A stretch of 64,000 bases of DNA from a virus. The stretch lies in the IMG/VR virus record IMGVR_UViG_3300040971_000026, positions 2,306 to 66,305 of that record, one strand, 5' to 3'. A program made the position numbers and the translations under genes. The notes below the pieces were generated by a model that worked only from the letters and a program-made list of their open reading frames with translations, was not told where the DNA came from and did not search any database. Below, piece by piece: positions 50,952 to 61,481 of the stretch. Each line of letters begins with the position of its first letter. Within the stretch, counting starts at the first letter, position 1.

Positions 50952-51167
50952 CTATATAATTTTTACAATTCTGATTTTGCTATTAGAATTCTTAACCATT
51001 TCAGAATTGTAAGTTGTATCATAATAGTTTCTTTTATAATCAAAATCCTTGGCGCCAAAAGTAATTTCTTCGGTGTCTTGCATGTCTTCATTTTCTACGT
51101 ACACCACCATAATATTATCCTCGGATGCAATTTCGTCGAACTTATTTAAAAATTCCACTTTATTCAT
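50952..51167 (-). CDS. Hypothetical protein
   Basis: 71 aa, RBS AAGGAG. Confidence 0.7.
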   Translation of the reverse strand: MNKVEFLNKFDEIASEDNIMVVYVENEDMQDTEEITFGAKDFDYKRNYYDTTYNSEMVKNSNSKIRIVKII

Positions 51168-51176
51168 ACTCTCTCC

Positions 51177-51494
51177 TTATATACAACCATTTGGACAATC
51201 GTATCCAATAATTGTTTCGTATTGGTTGTCATCTAATTCATAGTGATATTCATAATCAGTCACAGCTACAAGTGGGGCTAAACAATAAGGGCAAACCTGT
51301 TTTTCTACTAATTTATCATGAATATAGAATCCATGACTCTCAACTAGTGTCGCCCATTCGTCAACCCGATAAAATGATTCTTTTATCGCCTCCAAAAGCA
51401 CCATATAATCATCATTATGTAGTGCAATCTGTATCGTAGAAAATGAATATTGTTTGTCAAAATCTTCTAAAATTGAAATATCGACTGTTTTCAC
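51177..51494 (-). CDS. Hypothetical Zn-ribbon protein
   Basis: CPYC...CPNGC; directly after a promoter. Confidence 0.65.
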   Translation of the reverse strand: MKTVDISILEDFDKQYSFSTIQIALHNDDYMVLLEAIKESFYRVDEWATLVESHGFYIHDKLVEKQVCPYCLAPLVAVTDYEYHYELDDNQYETIIGYDCPNGCI

Positions 51495-51505
51495 CTCCTA
51501 AATCT

Positions 51506-51534
51506 ATTATACACCCATGATTATCAAAAGTCAA
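51506..51534 (-). promoter_or_regulatory. Sigma-A promoter
   Basis: TTGACT-17-TATAAT followed by AGATT. Confidence 0.8.
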
Positions 51535-51537
51535 CTA

Positions 51538-52083
51538 CTATTTTAATCTTTCTCTAACATAATAACATAGTGTTGTATATATGTATACTGGCATTTCTTC
51601 TTTAATCGCAAATTGGAATGGCACATTATATCTATTTTCAAATGTGGCAATTGATGCAATAAAACTTCTTCTATTATATTTTGTATCGTATTCTCCTAAG
51701 TACAATCTACTTCTAGTGTCCTCTATAGCAACAATCAGTTTCAACTTAGTAGATAGCGCTCTTAGCATTTCTGATTCAAACGCACTTCTTTTTGTTGTAA
51801 AATTATTAGATAATTCTTCTAAGTTTGCCTTCCTTTCAATCGCTATTTCATTATAGAAATACAAGTCTTGATGAATTCCAACTTCTGGAGATGCTCTCAA
51901 CATGACGCTATAATCGCCTGTTGGTAACGTCATATTCATATACTGACATCTATTCTTATAATCCAACCAATCGGTGATATGCGTATTTTTGTCCTTCTTT
52001 TCACGATTATCAATTAGTATTACTAGGTTGTTTTTCAGTAAGGAATCTAGTTCTTTGTCGGTTAGTTTTAAATTATTATACAT
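51538..52083 (-). CDS. ERCC4/XPF-family nuclease
   Basis: IDNRE, GDYS, IERKANLEEL. Confidence 0.85.
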   Translation of the reverse strand: MYNNLKLTDKELDSLLKNNLVILIDNREKKDKNTHITDWLDYKNRCQYMNMTLPTGDYSVMLRASPEVGIHQDLYFYNEIAIERKANLEELSNNFTTKRSAFESEMLRALSTKLKLIVAIEDTRSRLYLGEYDTKYNRRSFIASIATFENRYNVPFQFAIKEEMPVYIYTTLCYYVRERLK

Positions 52084-55000
52084 CTATTTCTCCTTCTACT
52101 ACTTCGTAATCAGTAATCCACCACTGCTTAGGCTCATCTAGTAATTCAATAAATTCTTTCTTTCCATTTTTTTCTACACCACTAGGTATTTTTTTATATT
52201 TATCCTTCATTCCTTTCACAAATAGAATAGTACCATCTTTTATGTTTTTATTAAAGTTTCTTTTACTTATTTTAACAAATAATTCTTTGCCATTTTTTAT
52301 GCAATAAATATTCATTTTGGGGGAATATTCGGTATCTAAATTATTGACCAAAACATATCTAGGAGAAATGCTCGCTTCTTTTATGTTTACATATCCCAAT
52401 GTGTCGAATTCTGCTAATATTTTGTCTTTTAAAGTAATATCTAAGTCTGGAATGTGGTTCCATATTTGAAGTAGTGCGTTTTGGGAATCGAGGGAAGAAT
52501 ATGTGGCAGGAGTATTTCTGCTATTTAACTCAATAATAGAAACAACTCCTTTATCTAAGATTGTATCTTCTATGGTTTTCTTTCTAGGTTGTGTTTTCCC
52601 ATACAATAAATTGAAATAATAAAAGAATGTTAGTAGTTTTTTTGCTTTCCCGTATTCACTAAAATATCCTATTTTAATTAATTTTTCTATTTGTGGATTC
52701 TGAACCTTAGTCTTTTTTAATTCTTCTAATACTCCATAGAAACCATTCCTAATTTCTTTTTTACCAACGTTATATAATTCTTCTGCTACCCTTACACCAA
52801 ACCCCTTAATTGAAACAAGTGATGGATGAATGCATTCTCTTTCTTTGTCCATATTAAAGGTTCTATTGTCTATTCCGAACTTCAAAAGACCATCTTTAAT
52901 ATTAAAAAACTTATGCATTTCTTTTCTAAAATCAGAAACCTTGTCCTTTTTGCCCTTCAAGGAGTACATGTTCAACATTGTTTCATAGAATTCATAAGTG
53001 TAAAAAGCTTTTAAGTGAGCACCGTACATCGAATCATTGGCAACACAATAAGCATGACTAGCGTTAAACCCATATCTCGCTGAATCTTCTATTATTTGCC
53101 ATACCTTCTTAGCTGACTCAATAGCGTCTTCTTTGGAAATTTTATTTTCGCTGACTATCTTTTCAGAAAACCCATTCACAAACTCTTTTTGGTAACTCAT
53201 GATTATTTTTGTCTTCTTTTTACTGATTGCTTTAATTATTGTCATTGTTTCATCCATAGGTATTCCAGAGTATCCCAGTGCAGACATCAATTGCTCTTGA
53301 TAGAGTATGAAGCTATTGGGCAAGTCCTTTGTTTGTATTAATTTATCAAAAGCCTCTATCCCATAATTAAATGATTCTCTATTCTCAAATATTTTATACA
53401 TTGATTTAAAAGATGGTCTTATCGCCGCCACAAATGCAGTTGCTTCAGTGGAATTTTTTGGCTTGAATCGGATGCTTTTATTTGTTGTTCCTGTCTTTTC
53501 AAACTGATTTATCCCCATGGTAATGCCTTCTGCGTAAATTCTTTGCATTTCCTTGCTTTCTCTTAGTATATTGTCTAACTCTAATATTTCTGGAATTTTT
53601 GCATTGGCCCTCTTATAACTTAGCTTTATTCCATTAACTACGTCCACTTTTAATAAATCATTTTTTACAAATTTATACTCATCTGCCATACTCCCATCTA
53701 TAAATGCAACTAAATATTCTTTTTTTGTGCTTTCGCTTTTAACTTTTATTAGTCCGATTTCTTCTTTTATATTACCATCGTATATTAACCAACCACAGGG
53801 ATGTTTCTTTTTATCAGATATAATCCCTCTGTACTTTTTACTTTCATCTAACAAATAATGGAATTGTTCATCCACATAATCGTAGATATCTAAATCTTCT
53901 CTATCTTCTTCTTCTGACTGTTGATAGTCTTTCTCGAATCTTCCTATTTGATTAGAAACTTCATTCGACAAAGAGAACTCAACGTCATTTGCTCTTGAAT
54001 ACATTTTCCAAGCAGACTTTGCTTTTAAGGTTCCATAGGCTATCATCGGATAACAATTACCTTTGCCAATTACTTCTTCTTGTGCTTCTGCTGCCACTTC
54101 TGGATTTCCCCAGTTCAAATCAAGGTCAGGAATCGACTTGCTTTCAAGAATTCGAGACTCGCTCATAAATCTTTCTGGATACATGTGAACGGGAGCGGAT
54201 ATTCTGTCTACCTTCGTAAACCCTAATAATTTATTAGTATAGAAACTCACACCAGAACCCCTCCCGGTATCAGTAAGAAGTCCACCTTTCTCAATGGCCC
54301 TCTTTACGATATAGTAATCATCTATAAAATAGTCTGCCATATTAGTATTTATTACTACGTCTATTTCTTTTTTTATTTCAGAAATATATTTTTCATGCAT
54401 TTCTTTGGGTATCTTATCTCTTTCTTTTTTCCACCCATTTCTTACTAAATCCTTATAGAGTTCGTTTCTTTCTTTTTGTGTCTTATCTTTAAATATTATT
54501 GGAATTTTCACTTCTTTATTTAAAACTATATCTTCAAATTCTAAACACACGTTAGTATTGTTTATAGCACTAAGTATCTGGATATCACTTAACACTCCTT
54601 GTTTCTTAAATCTTTCGAAGGTTTCTTTTACGGTCGGATAATCAAGAAAAAATCCATCTTCTTCTTCGTATTTTATACCTTTAGATTTCAAAATATATTC
54701 TCTGTCTTCTGCTTCGTGAGGAAATATATAGTGACTATCTAGACCACAAATAATTTCTATATTATATTTTGTAGATACTTCTAAAATTCTTTTATTTATA
54801 TCTTCTTGCTTTTTAACGTTGTGATATTGTACTTCCAGCATAAAATTTTCTTTAAAATGATTATGAAGCTTAATAATTATTTCTTCAATATCTTCGTAGT
54901 GCCAAAAGGCAATGCAAGCACTTGTAATAAATACATCTTTCGGTGGCAATGATAAAAGTAATGGAATGTCAATTCTTGGCTTATGATAATATCCATCAAT

Positions 55001-55396
55001 GTTTGCATCGGACAATATTCTATTAATAGCCCTTCTTCCAGTCTCGTTTTTAGCCATTAATATTATATGTGAATTAGTTCTGTCTTTTATTTTTCTATCT
55101 TTAACCCAGTAAGCCTCAGCGCAAAAAATAAATTTTAAATCGTATGGGTCTTTTTTGTCAGACTTATATCTCTCGCAAATTTCGTTAATTTCCCAATAAT
55201 TTCCTTGGTTGCCATGTTCACAGCTACTTAATACTCTTTGCCCTAACTCTTTCGCCCTTTTGGCATATTCTTCATTTAAACTTCCACTATCAGGAGTAGT
55301 TGAATTACTATGAGAACTATGCCTATGATAGTTTTGTGATTTCATGTTTTCTAGAAATTCATCTAGATTTTCAGGAATTTTTAATATTTTATCCAT
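52076..55396 (-). CDS. dnaE: DNA polymerase III alpha subunit (family C) with PHP domain
   Basis: HRHS..S PHP, GRGSG, PDLDL, KHPCG, KNDLL, YGFNASHA. Confidence 0.93.
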   Translation of the reverse strand: MDKILKIPENLDEFLENMKSQNYHRHSSHSNSTTPDSGSLNEEYAKRAKELGQRVLSSCEHGNQGNYWEINEICERYKSDKKDPYDLKFIFCAEAYWVKDRKIKDRTNSHIILMAKNETGRRAINRILSDANIDGYYHKPRIDIPLLLSLPPKDVFITSACIAFWHYEDIEEIIIKLHNHFKENFMLEVQYHNVKKQEDINKRILEVSTKYNIEIICGLDSHYIFPHEAEDREYILKSKGIKYEEEDGFFLDYPTVKETFERFKKQGVLSDIQILSAINNTNVCLEFEDIVLNKEVKIPIIFKDKTQKERNELYKDLVRNGWKKERDKIPKEMHEKYISEIKKEIDVVINTNMADYFIDDYYIVKRAIEKGGLLTDTGRGSGVSFYTNKLLGFTKVDRISAPVHMYPERFMSESRILESKSIPDLDLNWGNPEVAAEAQEEVIGKGNCYPMIAYGTLKAKSAWKMYSRANDVEFSLSNEVSNQIGRFEKDYQQSEEEDREDLDIYDYVDEQFHYLLDESKKYRGIISDKKKHPCGWLIYDGNIKEEIGLIKVKSESTKKEYLVAFIDGSMADEYKFVKNDLLKVDVVNGIKLSYKRANAKIPEILELDNILRESKEMQRIYAEGITMGINQFEKTGTTNKSIRFKPKNSTEATAFVAAIRPSFKSMYKIFENRESFNYGIEAFDKLIQTKDLPNSFILYQEQLMSALGYSGIPMDETMTIIKAISKKKTKIIMSYQKEFVNGFSEKIVSENKISKEDAIESAKKVWQIIEDSARYGFNASHAYCVANDSMYGAHLKAFYTYEFYETMLNMYSLKGKKDKVSDFRKEMHKFFNIKDGLLKFGIDNRTFNMDKERECIHPSLVSIKGFGVRVAEELYNVGKKEIRNGFYGVLEELKKTKVQNPQIEKLIKIGYFSEYGKAKKLLTFFYYFNLLYGKTQPRKKTIEDTILDKGVVSIIELNSRNTPATYSSLDSQNALLQIWNHIPDLDITLKDKILAEFDTLGYVNIKEASISPRYVLVNNLDTEYSPKMNIYCIKNGKELFVKISKRNFNKNIKDGTILFVKGMKDKYKKIPSGVEKNGKKEFIELLDEPKQWWITDYEVVEGEIDV

Positions 55397-55405
55397 AAAT
55401 TCTCC

Positions 55406-57337
55406 TTATGCCCAAGGAAGATTCTCTTCCCCTTGTTCCCATTTTTTATCAAATTCCTCTTTCATTATTTTATCAACATCAACTTTTCTACTATCCCATC
55501 CATATTGTTTATAATGCTCAATATCGTCTTTATAAAACCTTTTACACTTGGGGTCAAAGTAGAATCCAAATTCTATGTCTTGAAAGCCGATTGGTCTATT
55601 CTTAAACAAGTCTAAAATCATGTCGAATGGAATTGGTTCAGTTATATATTCGCCACCCTTATTTTTAATGCCTTCTTTTTCAGCCCTAGTTACTCTATGT
55701 ACCGCAAATACATAATGAGCAAGGTTTGTAATGTCACCAGTACCGCTTACATCCATTTTATTAAGTCTTTTTACAATATCTAACTTTCTAGGGTGAGCAA
55801 CTAAGTGAACCAATACGTTGTACTTGATAGCGAATCTTAATAACTCTAAAGTGAATTCCTTTTGCTTATCGAATATGGAGTCACCTCTATATTTTGATAT
55901 ATTCACCATCATTAAATTGTCAATTAGAAAATTCTTCACACCATGTTTTCTTGCTAGAACTTCCATTCTTGATATTATGGTTTCTGCCGTTTTGTCAATT
56001 TCATTATCATAGAAAAACACTTTGCCACGATACCATTCTCTCATTATCTGTTTTGCTTGCCATTTCACCGTATAATAAATGGGTTGGTCATCAGCAACGT
56101 ATCGCTCTTCTATGTTTTCTACTCCGGCAAGAGGATATTCTACCCAGTTTCTAAGCTGAGCATTGTTTAACTCGCCACTAAATATAAATGTCTTAAATCC
56201 TTGATTTAATGGAGCACATACCGCTATTTGATTTAGAAACGAACTTTTCCCAGAGCCGTTAATACCTGTGTGAACCGCCAGCGTTCCCAAAAACATCTTT
56301 CCTAGTCGCTTGTCAAGTTCTTTTACTTCCGTCTTAATCCCTACTGCATTTGCCAAGTCAATGTCCTCAACGTCAGCCATATCAACAATATCTTTTATAG
56401 GCACATCAGAGGCATTTGCTATTACAGTTTGCAGGCCTTCTATCCCATACTTATACAGAATCTCATTCATATCATTAACGTCTTGTGGGAATGTGATTGT
56501 TTTGCATCTCCAATCACCAAGCCTTGGTATTACCTCTTGCTTCATTTTCTCCCCAGCTTCGTCATTATCCGATAGAACGATAAATGCGGGGAACATATCT
56601 AGCCATTCCCAGTTTCTTTCAATCCAGTGATAGTTATTTGCACCAAATGGAATAGATACTGCGTTTTCAATACCAGCCTCAACTAAGCACATAGACTCAA
56701 TTTCACCCTCACAAATATGTAGTGGTTTATCAAATCTAACTCGGTTCATATTCCATAAAATGTGGCTTGTATCGGCGTCCTTTTGACACCATGTTTTTGT
56801 TTCGCCCTTTTTTAGCTTTCTAGATGGTCTATATTTAGATGTTAATAGCGTATCATTTTGGTCGTAGTATTCAAAAACAAGATTGCCCTTTTCGTCTTGT
56901 GCCACATCCATCTTATCAACAGTTTCTTTGGATATTTTTCTGCTTAATAGATACTTATAAACCTTTGACATATTAGTTCTTTGTTCTGGCCTTGGGTATT
57001 TATAATCCCTTATGTTGGTCTTTTCAAACTCATATTCGGTGTTAGTTTCTTTAAATAATCTTTCGGCAGCAGCTTTAAAGCTCATTCCTCTGTGCTGATA
57101 ATGGTCTACTATTCCGTAAGTTTTTCCACATCCAAAACAATGAAAGGCTTGGTCTTTTTTATTCCACTTAAAAGAGGGGGTGCTTTCTGGTTGTCCATCC
57201 TTTAGATGAAACTGACAAATTCCTTGCTTCTTTTGTTCGTCCCATCCATCTATTGATAGGTCGTTAACTATTATATCAATAGCATCTTCTCCCATCTTGA
57301 ACTTGGCTTCTTGTATCTTCTCTGTAAGTTCGTTCAT
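55406..57337 (-). CDS. Primase-helicase fusion (T7 gp4/Twinkle-like architecture)
   Basis: CQFH...CFGC Zn finger, TOPRIM CEGE...DNDEAG, Walker A GINGSGKS, IDNLM, VAHPRK, KNR. Confidence 0.9.
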   Translation of the reverse strand: MNELTEKIQEAKFKMGEDAIDIIVNDLSIDGWDEQKKQGICQFHLKDGQPESTPSFKWNKKDQAFHCFGCGKTYGIVDHYQHRGMSFKAAAERLFKETNTEYEFEKTNIRDYKYPRPEQRTNMSKVYKYLLSRKISKETVDKMDVAQDEKGNLVFEYYDQNDTLLTSKYRPSRKLKKGETKTWCQKDADTSHILWNMNRVRFDKPLHICEGEIESMCLVEAGIENAVSIPFGANNYHWIERNWEWLDMFPAFIVLSDNDEAGEKMKQEVIPRLGDWRCKTITFPQDVNDMNEILYKYGIEGLQTVIANASDVPIKDIVDMADVEDIDLANAVGIKTEVKELDKRLGKMFLGTLAVHTGINGSGKSSFLNQIAVCAPLNQGFKTFIFSGELNNAQLRNWVEYPLAGVENIEERYVADDQPIYYTVKWQAKQIMREWYRGKVFFYDNEIDKTAETIISRMEVLARKHGVKNFLIDNLMMVNISKYRGDSIFDKQKEFTLELLRFAIKYNVLVHLVAHPRKLDIVKRLNKMDVSGTGDITNLAHYVFAVHRVTRAEKEGIKNKGGEYITEPIPFDMILDLFKNRPIGFQDIEFGFYFDPKCKRFYKDDIEHYKQYGWDSRKVDVDKIMKEEFDKKWEQGEENLPWA

Positions 57338-57345
57338 AGTCCCTC

Positions 57346-57909
57346 CTATATAATGTTAGATTTCATTGGAGCTGGTTTTCTTAATTCGTCTTTATTGTAC
57401 CAATCTATAATTGTCCGGTAATGAGAGTCGTAATCTTTACCAGTAGTCTTCATATAATCAGATAACCTTTTAATGTACCACTCTAGCTTAATTTCGTTAT
57501 AGTTCATTAGTTTTTGCAATTCATTATATTCTTCTTTTGAAAAATATAGCTCCCCAATAATAACATTGTCAATTTGTTTCGGATTTTTATAAGATTCATA
57601 AGCCATCATATGGGGCTTGGAGTTTAATAAATAGTATATTGAATGGAATTGATACACTGGGGTTTTATCTTTTATGGCTTTAGAAAGGCAAAAACACATA
57701 TATTCTGGGTCATGCTTTTCATTCCAATTTCCAAGAGAACGCATCATTACGTTCCAACTTTCTTTATTATTGTAGAATTTTAACCATAACTCCCCAGTTT
57801 TTTGTAACCAATTATGAGTAGTCATACACGCTCTATGGATTTTAGTTTCTCCAAGCGTGATTAAATCTTTAGATTCTTCGTTATTGCACTTCTTTGCATC
57901 GCACTTCAA
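57346..57909 (-). CDS. Putative replication protein (replisome-organiser-like C-terminus)
   Basis: EEYNEL...YIKRLSDY..TGKDY..HY.TI..W; between ssb and the primase-helicase. Confidence 0.5.
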   Translation of the reverse strand: MKCDAKKCNNEESKDLITLGETKIHRACMTTHNWLQKTGELWLKFYNNKESWNVMMRSLGNWNEKHDPEYMCFCLSKAIKDKTPVYQFHSIYYLLNSKPHMMAYESYKNPKQIDNVIIGELYFSKEEYNELQKLMNYNEIKLEWYIKRLSDYMKTTGKDYDSHYRTIIDWYNKDELRKPAPMKSNII

Positions 57910-57931
57910 CTTCTCGCCTCCTAAAAAAATA

Positions 57932-57958
57932 AAATAGGGCAGAATTAACTACCCTATT
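57932..57958 (-). terminator. Intrinsic terminator after ssb
   Basis: AATAGGG...CCCTATT stem with a minus-strand T-tract. Confidence 0.6.
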
Positions 57959-57991
57959 AAATTATAAACTTAGAAATCTATCTACTATTTG

Positions 57992-58381
57992 TTAAAATGG
58001 GAGGTCGCTATCTGAATCATCGTCCACGGGAACAAACGAATCTTCGGCTTTTTTCTCAGTCGCAGCACCGTCCTTGCTTCCTGCTGTAAATTCTACTCCA
58101 TCAACAATATACTTCTGAGCTGTTCTTTTTTGACCATCTTTTTCATAATGGTCTACTTGAACATGGCTTTCAAGTGCAATTTCGCTACCCTTACCAAACC
58201 ATTTGGCAATAAATTCTGCGGTTTTCCCAAATGCGGTCATGTTTAGCCAATCAGTATCTGGTTGACCATCTTTTGTGAATTTGCGCCTAACCGCTAGGCT
58301 AAAATTTAAAACCTTTGTTTCCTTAGCATCTTTTAATTCTAATTCTCCACCAATTCTTCCGATAAAAATACACTTATTCAT
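57992..58381 (-). CDS. ssb: Single-stranded DNA-binding protein
   Basis: MNKCIFIGR, KGS, acidic DSDLPF tail. Confidence 0.93.
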   Translation of the reverse strand: MNKCIFIGRIGGELELKDAKETKVLNFSLAVRRKFTKDGQPDTDWLNMTAFGKTAEFIAKWFGKGSEIALESHVQVDHYEKDGQKRTAQKYIVDGVEFTAGSKDGAATEKKAEDSFVPVDDDSDSDLPF

Positions 58382-58382
58382 A

Positions 58383-59015
58383 TTATTTCTCCTCTGCTTT
58401 CTTAGTTGTTTTAACTTTCTTCGCTTTTAATTCTTGCTCTTTTTTGATTAAAGAATCCCTAACCTCAATTAATACGCTAGAATCCTTAATTTCATTAACT
58501 TTGCCACCATGACCAATGATTTTAATTGCTTCGCTTCTAGCATCATATTCTTTTGTTAGAACAGTTGCAATTTCTAGAATCTCAGTTCTCAATGCGTCGG
58601 CTTCTTCGCCAATCTCGCTTTGGAATAATTCTTCGCCAGCCCATGTTGTTAAAGCGAACCCGAATAATGAAATACCTTTGGCCAAACACCTCATTAGTGC
58701 CTTGTTAATATCCGTAGCAGTAACTTCTAGTAATGATTGGTTTTTAAAATCCATTACCGGTAACGTCATAGTGTGAGAAATTCCATCAGTCTCACCATCG
58801 GTGATATAAACTTTTACGAAATATCCCATTGTTGGACTGCCAAATTCATATCCACCACTTTCATTTTCTAGGAAAGCAAAGTTTCCTCTTGGGTAAACCT
58901 TTTTAAACTCAGCCCAACTACTCGCCCACGGGATATAATCGTTTTTCCCCTTCTTTTTTAATAACTTCGTTAAGTCTAATTTTAATACTTGTTCAAATTT
59001 GTTAATTTCAGACAT
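58383..59015 (-). CDS. Sak-family (DUF1071-like) single-strand annealing protein
   Basis: YIPWA, LPVMDFKN, DINKALMRCLAK..LFG. Confidence 0.85.
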   Translation of the reverse strand: MSEINKFEQVLKLDLTKLLKKKGKNDYIPWASSWAEFKKVYPRGNFAFLENESGGYEFGSPTMGYFVKVYITDGETDGISHTMTLPVMDFKNQSLLEVTATDINKALMRCLAKGISLFGFALTTWAGEELFQSEIGEEADALRTEILEIATVLTKEYDARSEAIKIIGHGGKVNEIKDSSVLIEVRDSLIKKEQELKAKKVKTTKKAEEK

Positions 59016-59047
59016 ATAGTTCTCCTTTCAAATTTAGACACTTATCT

Positions 59048-59076
59048 ATTATACCACCGATAAAGTACGGTGTCAA
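59048..59076 (-). promoter_or_regulatory. Sigma-A promoter
   Basis: TTGACA-17-TATAAT with TGn, followed by AGAT. Confidence 0.85.
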
Positions 59077-59083
59077 CACTTAT

Positions 59084-59854
59084 TTAAAATTCTTTTGGAT
59101 TTTCCCCATAATTAACAGACAATCCCGGTTCTGCCACACAAACTCTATCAAAGTTTAATGATTTTTTTACCATAGAAGTAAACTTGTCACCATCGCCGTT
59201 CTTGTCAGATAAGTGGCTAAGAACAATTTGCCCCAATCTATCACCAACGCTATTTTTAAGTATTTCTATTGTTTGATTAATTTCTAAGTGACCAGTACCA
59301 CTAGATGTTCTTCTTGCAACTGCAAAGTGGATTAGATTATCTTTTAAATTTTTAGTCAACTTCTCATTATCATAATTTGCCTCTATGATATAAAAGTTAT
59401 GTGGCTCAAAAATCATATAATCAGACTTGCCACAATCCGTCAAATATAAAAGTTTTTCACCCATAGAATTTGTTATCGAAAAAGCCAAACTGCCATGAGC
59501 ATCGTGTGGAACTGACTTTGCTAGAACTGAAAAGTTGCCAAAACTAAGTAGTTCTTCATCTTCTATTGTTGATATATATATGTACTCTATATCTAAAGTT
59601 AATGCCGTTGATTTACTACATATTACCTTAGTAGAATAATTTTTAACTATAGAAGGAACGCCATCTATATGGTCGCCATGTGAATGTGAAATAAGTATAT
59701 AATCAATACCGCTTAATCTTACACCTATATCCTTTAATCCTTTTTTGGTAGCTTTTAAAGATAGTCCCGCATCTAACAATACTTTAGAATCGCCCATATC
59801 TACATAAATGCAATTCCCTTTGCTCCCACTACCCAGCACGTATATATTGAACAT
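59084..59854 (-). CDS. Metallo-beta-lactamase-fold nuclease (YycJ-like)
   Basis: GSGSKGN, SHSHGDH, PHD, TD, EANYD, GHL, HLS. Confidence 0.88.
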   Translation of the reverse strand: MFNIYVLGSGSKGNCIYVDMGDSKVLLDAGLSLKATKKGLKDIGVRLSGIDYILISHSHGDHIDGVPSIVKNYSTKVICSKSTALTLDIEYIYISTIEDEELLSFGNFSVLAKSVPHDAHGSLAFSITNSMGEKLLYLTDCGKSDYMIFEPHNFYIIEANYDNEKLTKNLKDNLIHFAVARRTSSGTGHLEINQTIEILKNSVGDRLGQIVLSHLSDKNGDGDKFTSMVKKSLNFDRVCVAEPGLSVNYGENPKEF

Positions 59855-61466
59855 CTAAATCCACCAACTTTTCTACTGACATAGCGATTATCTGGTTATC
59901 AATATCAAACGACCTAGTAATACTTTCTTTGTTATCTATTAGAATAGGTACTCTAATTTTTAATATAGAGCTCAGCATCTCAATCAATTCAATACCAGCC
60001 TCTACCTTGCCCGCAGTATTTAGGCTACTATAAGGTACACCATCCATAGATATTTCAAATGTATCCTTGAGTTCGCCATTCTTTTGAGTATAGAACGTAA
60101 TAATCTTAACCTTGTTAAGCTTTGCATTTAAAGTGTCCGCAACTAATTGAGCATAATCGGTTTTATAAGTCTTAATATCATCAATGGCTTCTTCTTTCTC
60201 ATCGTATTCATCCATAACTTCGGACAACTGAGAAACAATAACATCAAAGTCTTTTTTATCTTTTGCGATAACATCATAGTTGGATATTTGAGCAGACAAT
60301 TCAGACAACTTAGTTTTTTCTTCTTGAATTAAGTCAAAATTCACAGTAGATTTTATATCTTGTATTTTGGTTAAAAGTTTTTCTAGTTTTTTTGACTGTT
60401 TTTCTGCCACATTTTCAGTCTTTAATAAAAGAATCTCTGATTCTAACGCTTCAATTTCACCCTTTTTAGTAACGCCACGCTCTTTTACTTCGTTAATAAC
60501 CTTAGATAATTCGGCTTTTTGGTTTTCTATTTCAAAAGCATTTAGTTTATTACCGCACATAGAACAAACATCTTTAATATTATTTAATTCAGATGTTTTT
60601 TGCTTATATTCTTTAAGTATGGACTCCTTTTGCTCTTTTAGATTAGATATCTTTAGATTAGAAGTAGTTATTTTTTTATCATGCTCTGATTCTAACTTTT
60701 GAATCTCACGTTCTAACTCATTAACTTCTTGTTGCAATGGAGTTATAGAATCTAAGGATTTTTCTAAAGATTTAATGGATTGTTCTTTATCCTCTTTCTG
60801 CCTTACTAATTCGTCTAAACTAGAATCAAGCTGAACATCTTTTAGCTTTTCGGTTAGATAATCACGCTTTCCAGTATAGTTATCTTTTTTTGTCTTCAAT
60901 GCTTTTAAGTCTGATTCATACTCCGACAACGTTTTATCTACGCCTTTTTTCATAATAGCCAAGGCAATATCATCGTCTAGTTTAGTAATTGCAGTATCTT
61001 CTATTTCCATGTTGCTTACTATTAAATCCCTTTGGTCTTGCCACTTCAAATTGTCTCCGAAGTAAACTGGAATTAACAGTACAGGCAACAGTTTTTCAGA
61101 TGCAATCATAGATACTACATTTTTGTATTCGCCAGCCTTTACTTCTTCCCCATCAATCTTATATTGAACTTTGCCATCCAATTGCGTTCGCTCAAAAACT
61201 TTTTTCTGGCCATTAAAAGCTAGGTGTAGTTCCACGCTAGGCGTCGTGTTAGGGATTTGTTTCTGTTCTTCGTCTAATGGGTAAATATTATCTATAGTCT
61301 TACCAAAAGCATCCTTACCTATTAGTACCCAGGGAATAGCATGTATAATTGTAGATTTACCCTTCCCATTCTCTGCAAATAGCTCATTATAACCCTCATT
61401 GAATTCAAATTCAGCATGCTTGAAACACTTGAATTCGCTCAATATAATCTTATTAAATATTAGCAT
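59829..61466 (-). CDS. Rad50/SbcC-like coiled-coil ATPase
   Basis: ENGKGKST Walker A, central CSMC hook, ILIDNKE Walker B. Confidence 0.85.
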   Translation of the reverse strand: MLIFNKIILSEFKCFKHAEFEFNEGYNELFAENGKGKSTIIHAIPWVLIGKDAFGKTIDNIYPLDEEQKQIPNTTPSVELHLAFNGQKKVFERTQLDGKVQYKIDGEEVKAGEYKNVVSMIASEKLLPVLLIPVYFGDNLKWQDQRDLIVSNMEIEDTAITKLDDDIALAIMKKGVDKTLSEYESDLKALKTKKDNYTGKRDYLTEKLKDVQLDSSLDELVRQKEDKEQSIKSLEKSLDSITPLQQEVNELEREIQKLESEHDKKITTSNLKISNLKEQKESILKEYKQKTSELNNIKDVCSMCGNKLNAFEIENQKAELSKVINEVKERGVTKKGEIEALESEILLLKTENVAEKQSKKLEKLLTKIQDIKSTVNFDLIQEEKTKLSELSAQISNYDVIAKDKKDFDVIVSQLSEVMDEYDEKEEAIDDIKTYKTDYAQLVADTLNAKLNKVKIITFYTQKNGELKDTFEISMDGVPYSSLNTAGKVEAGIELIEMLSSILKIRVPILIDNKESITRSFDIDNQIIAMSVEKLVDLDVQYIRAG

Positions 61467-61481
61467 ATATCTTCCTTTCTA

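Noticed and set aside
48250..57337. Inteins or group I introns in nrdD, dnaE or the primase-helicase
   Set aside because: The proteins are of normal length with contiguous motifs; no intein splice signatures seen.
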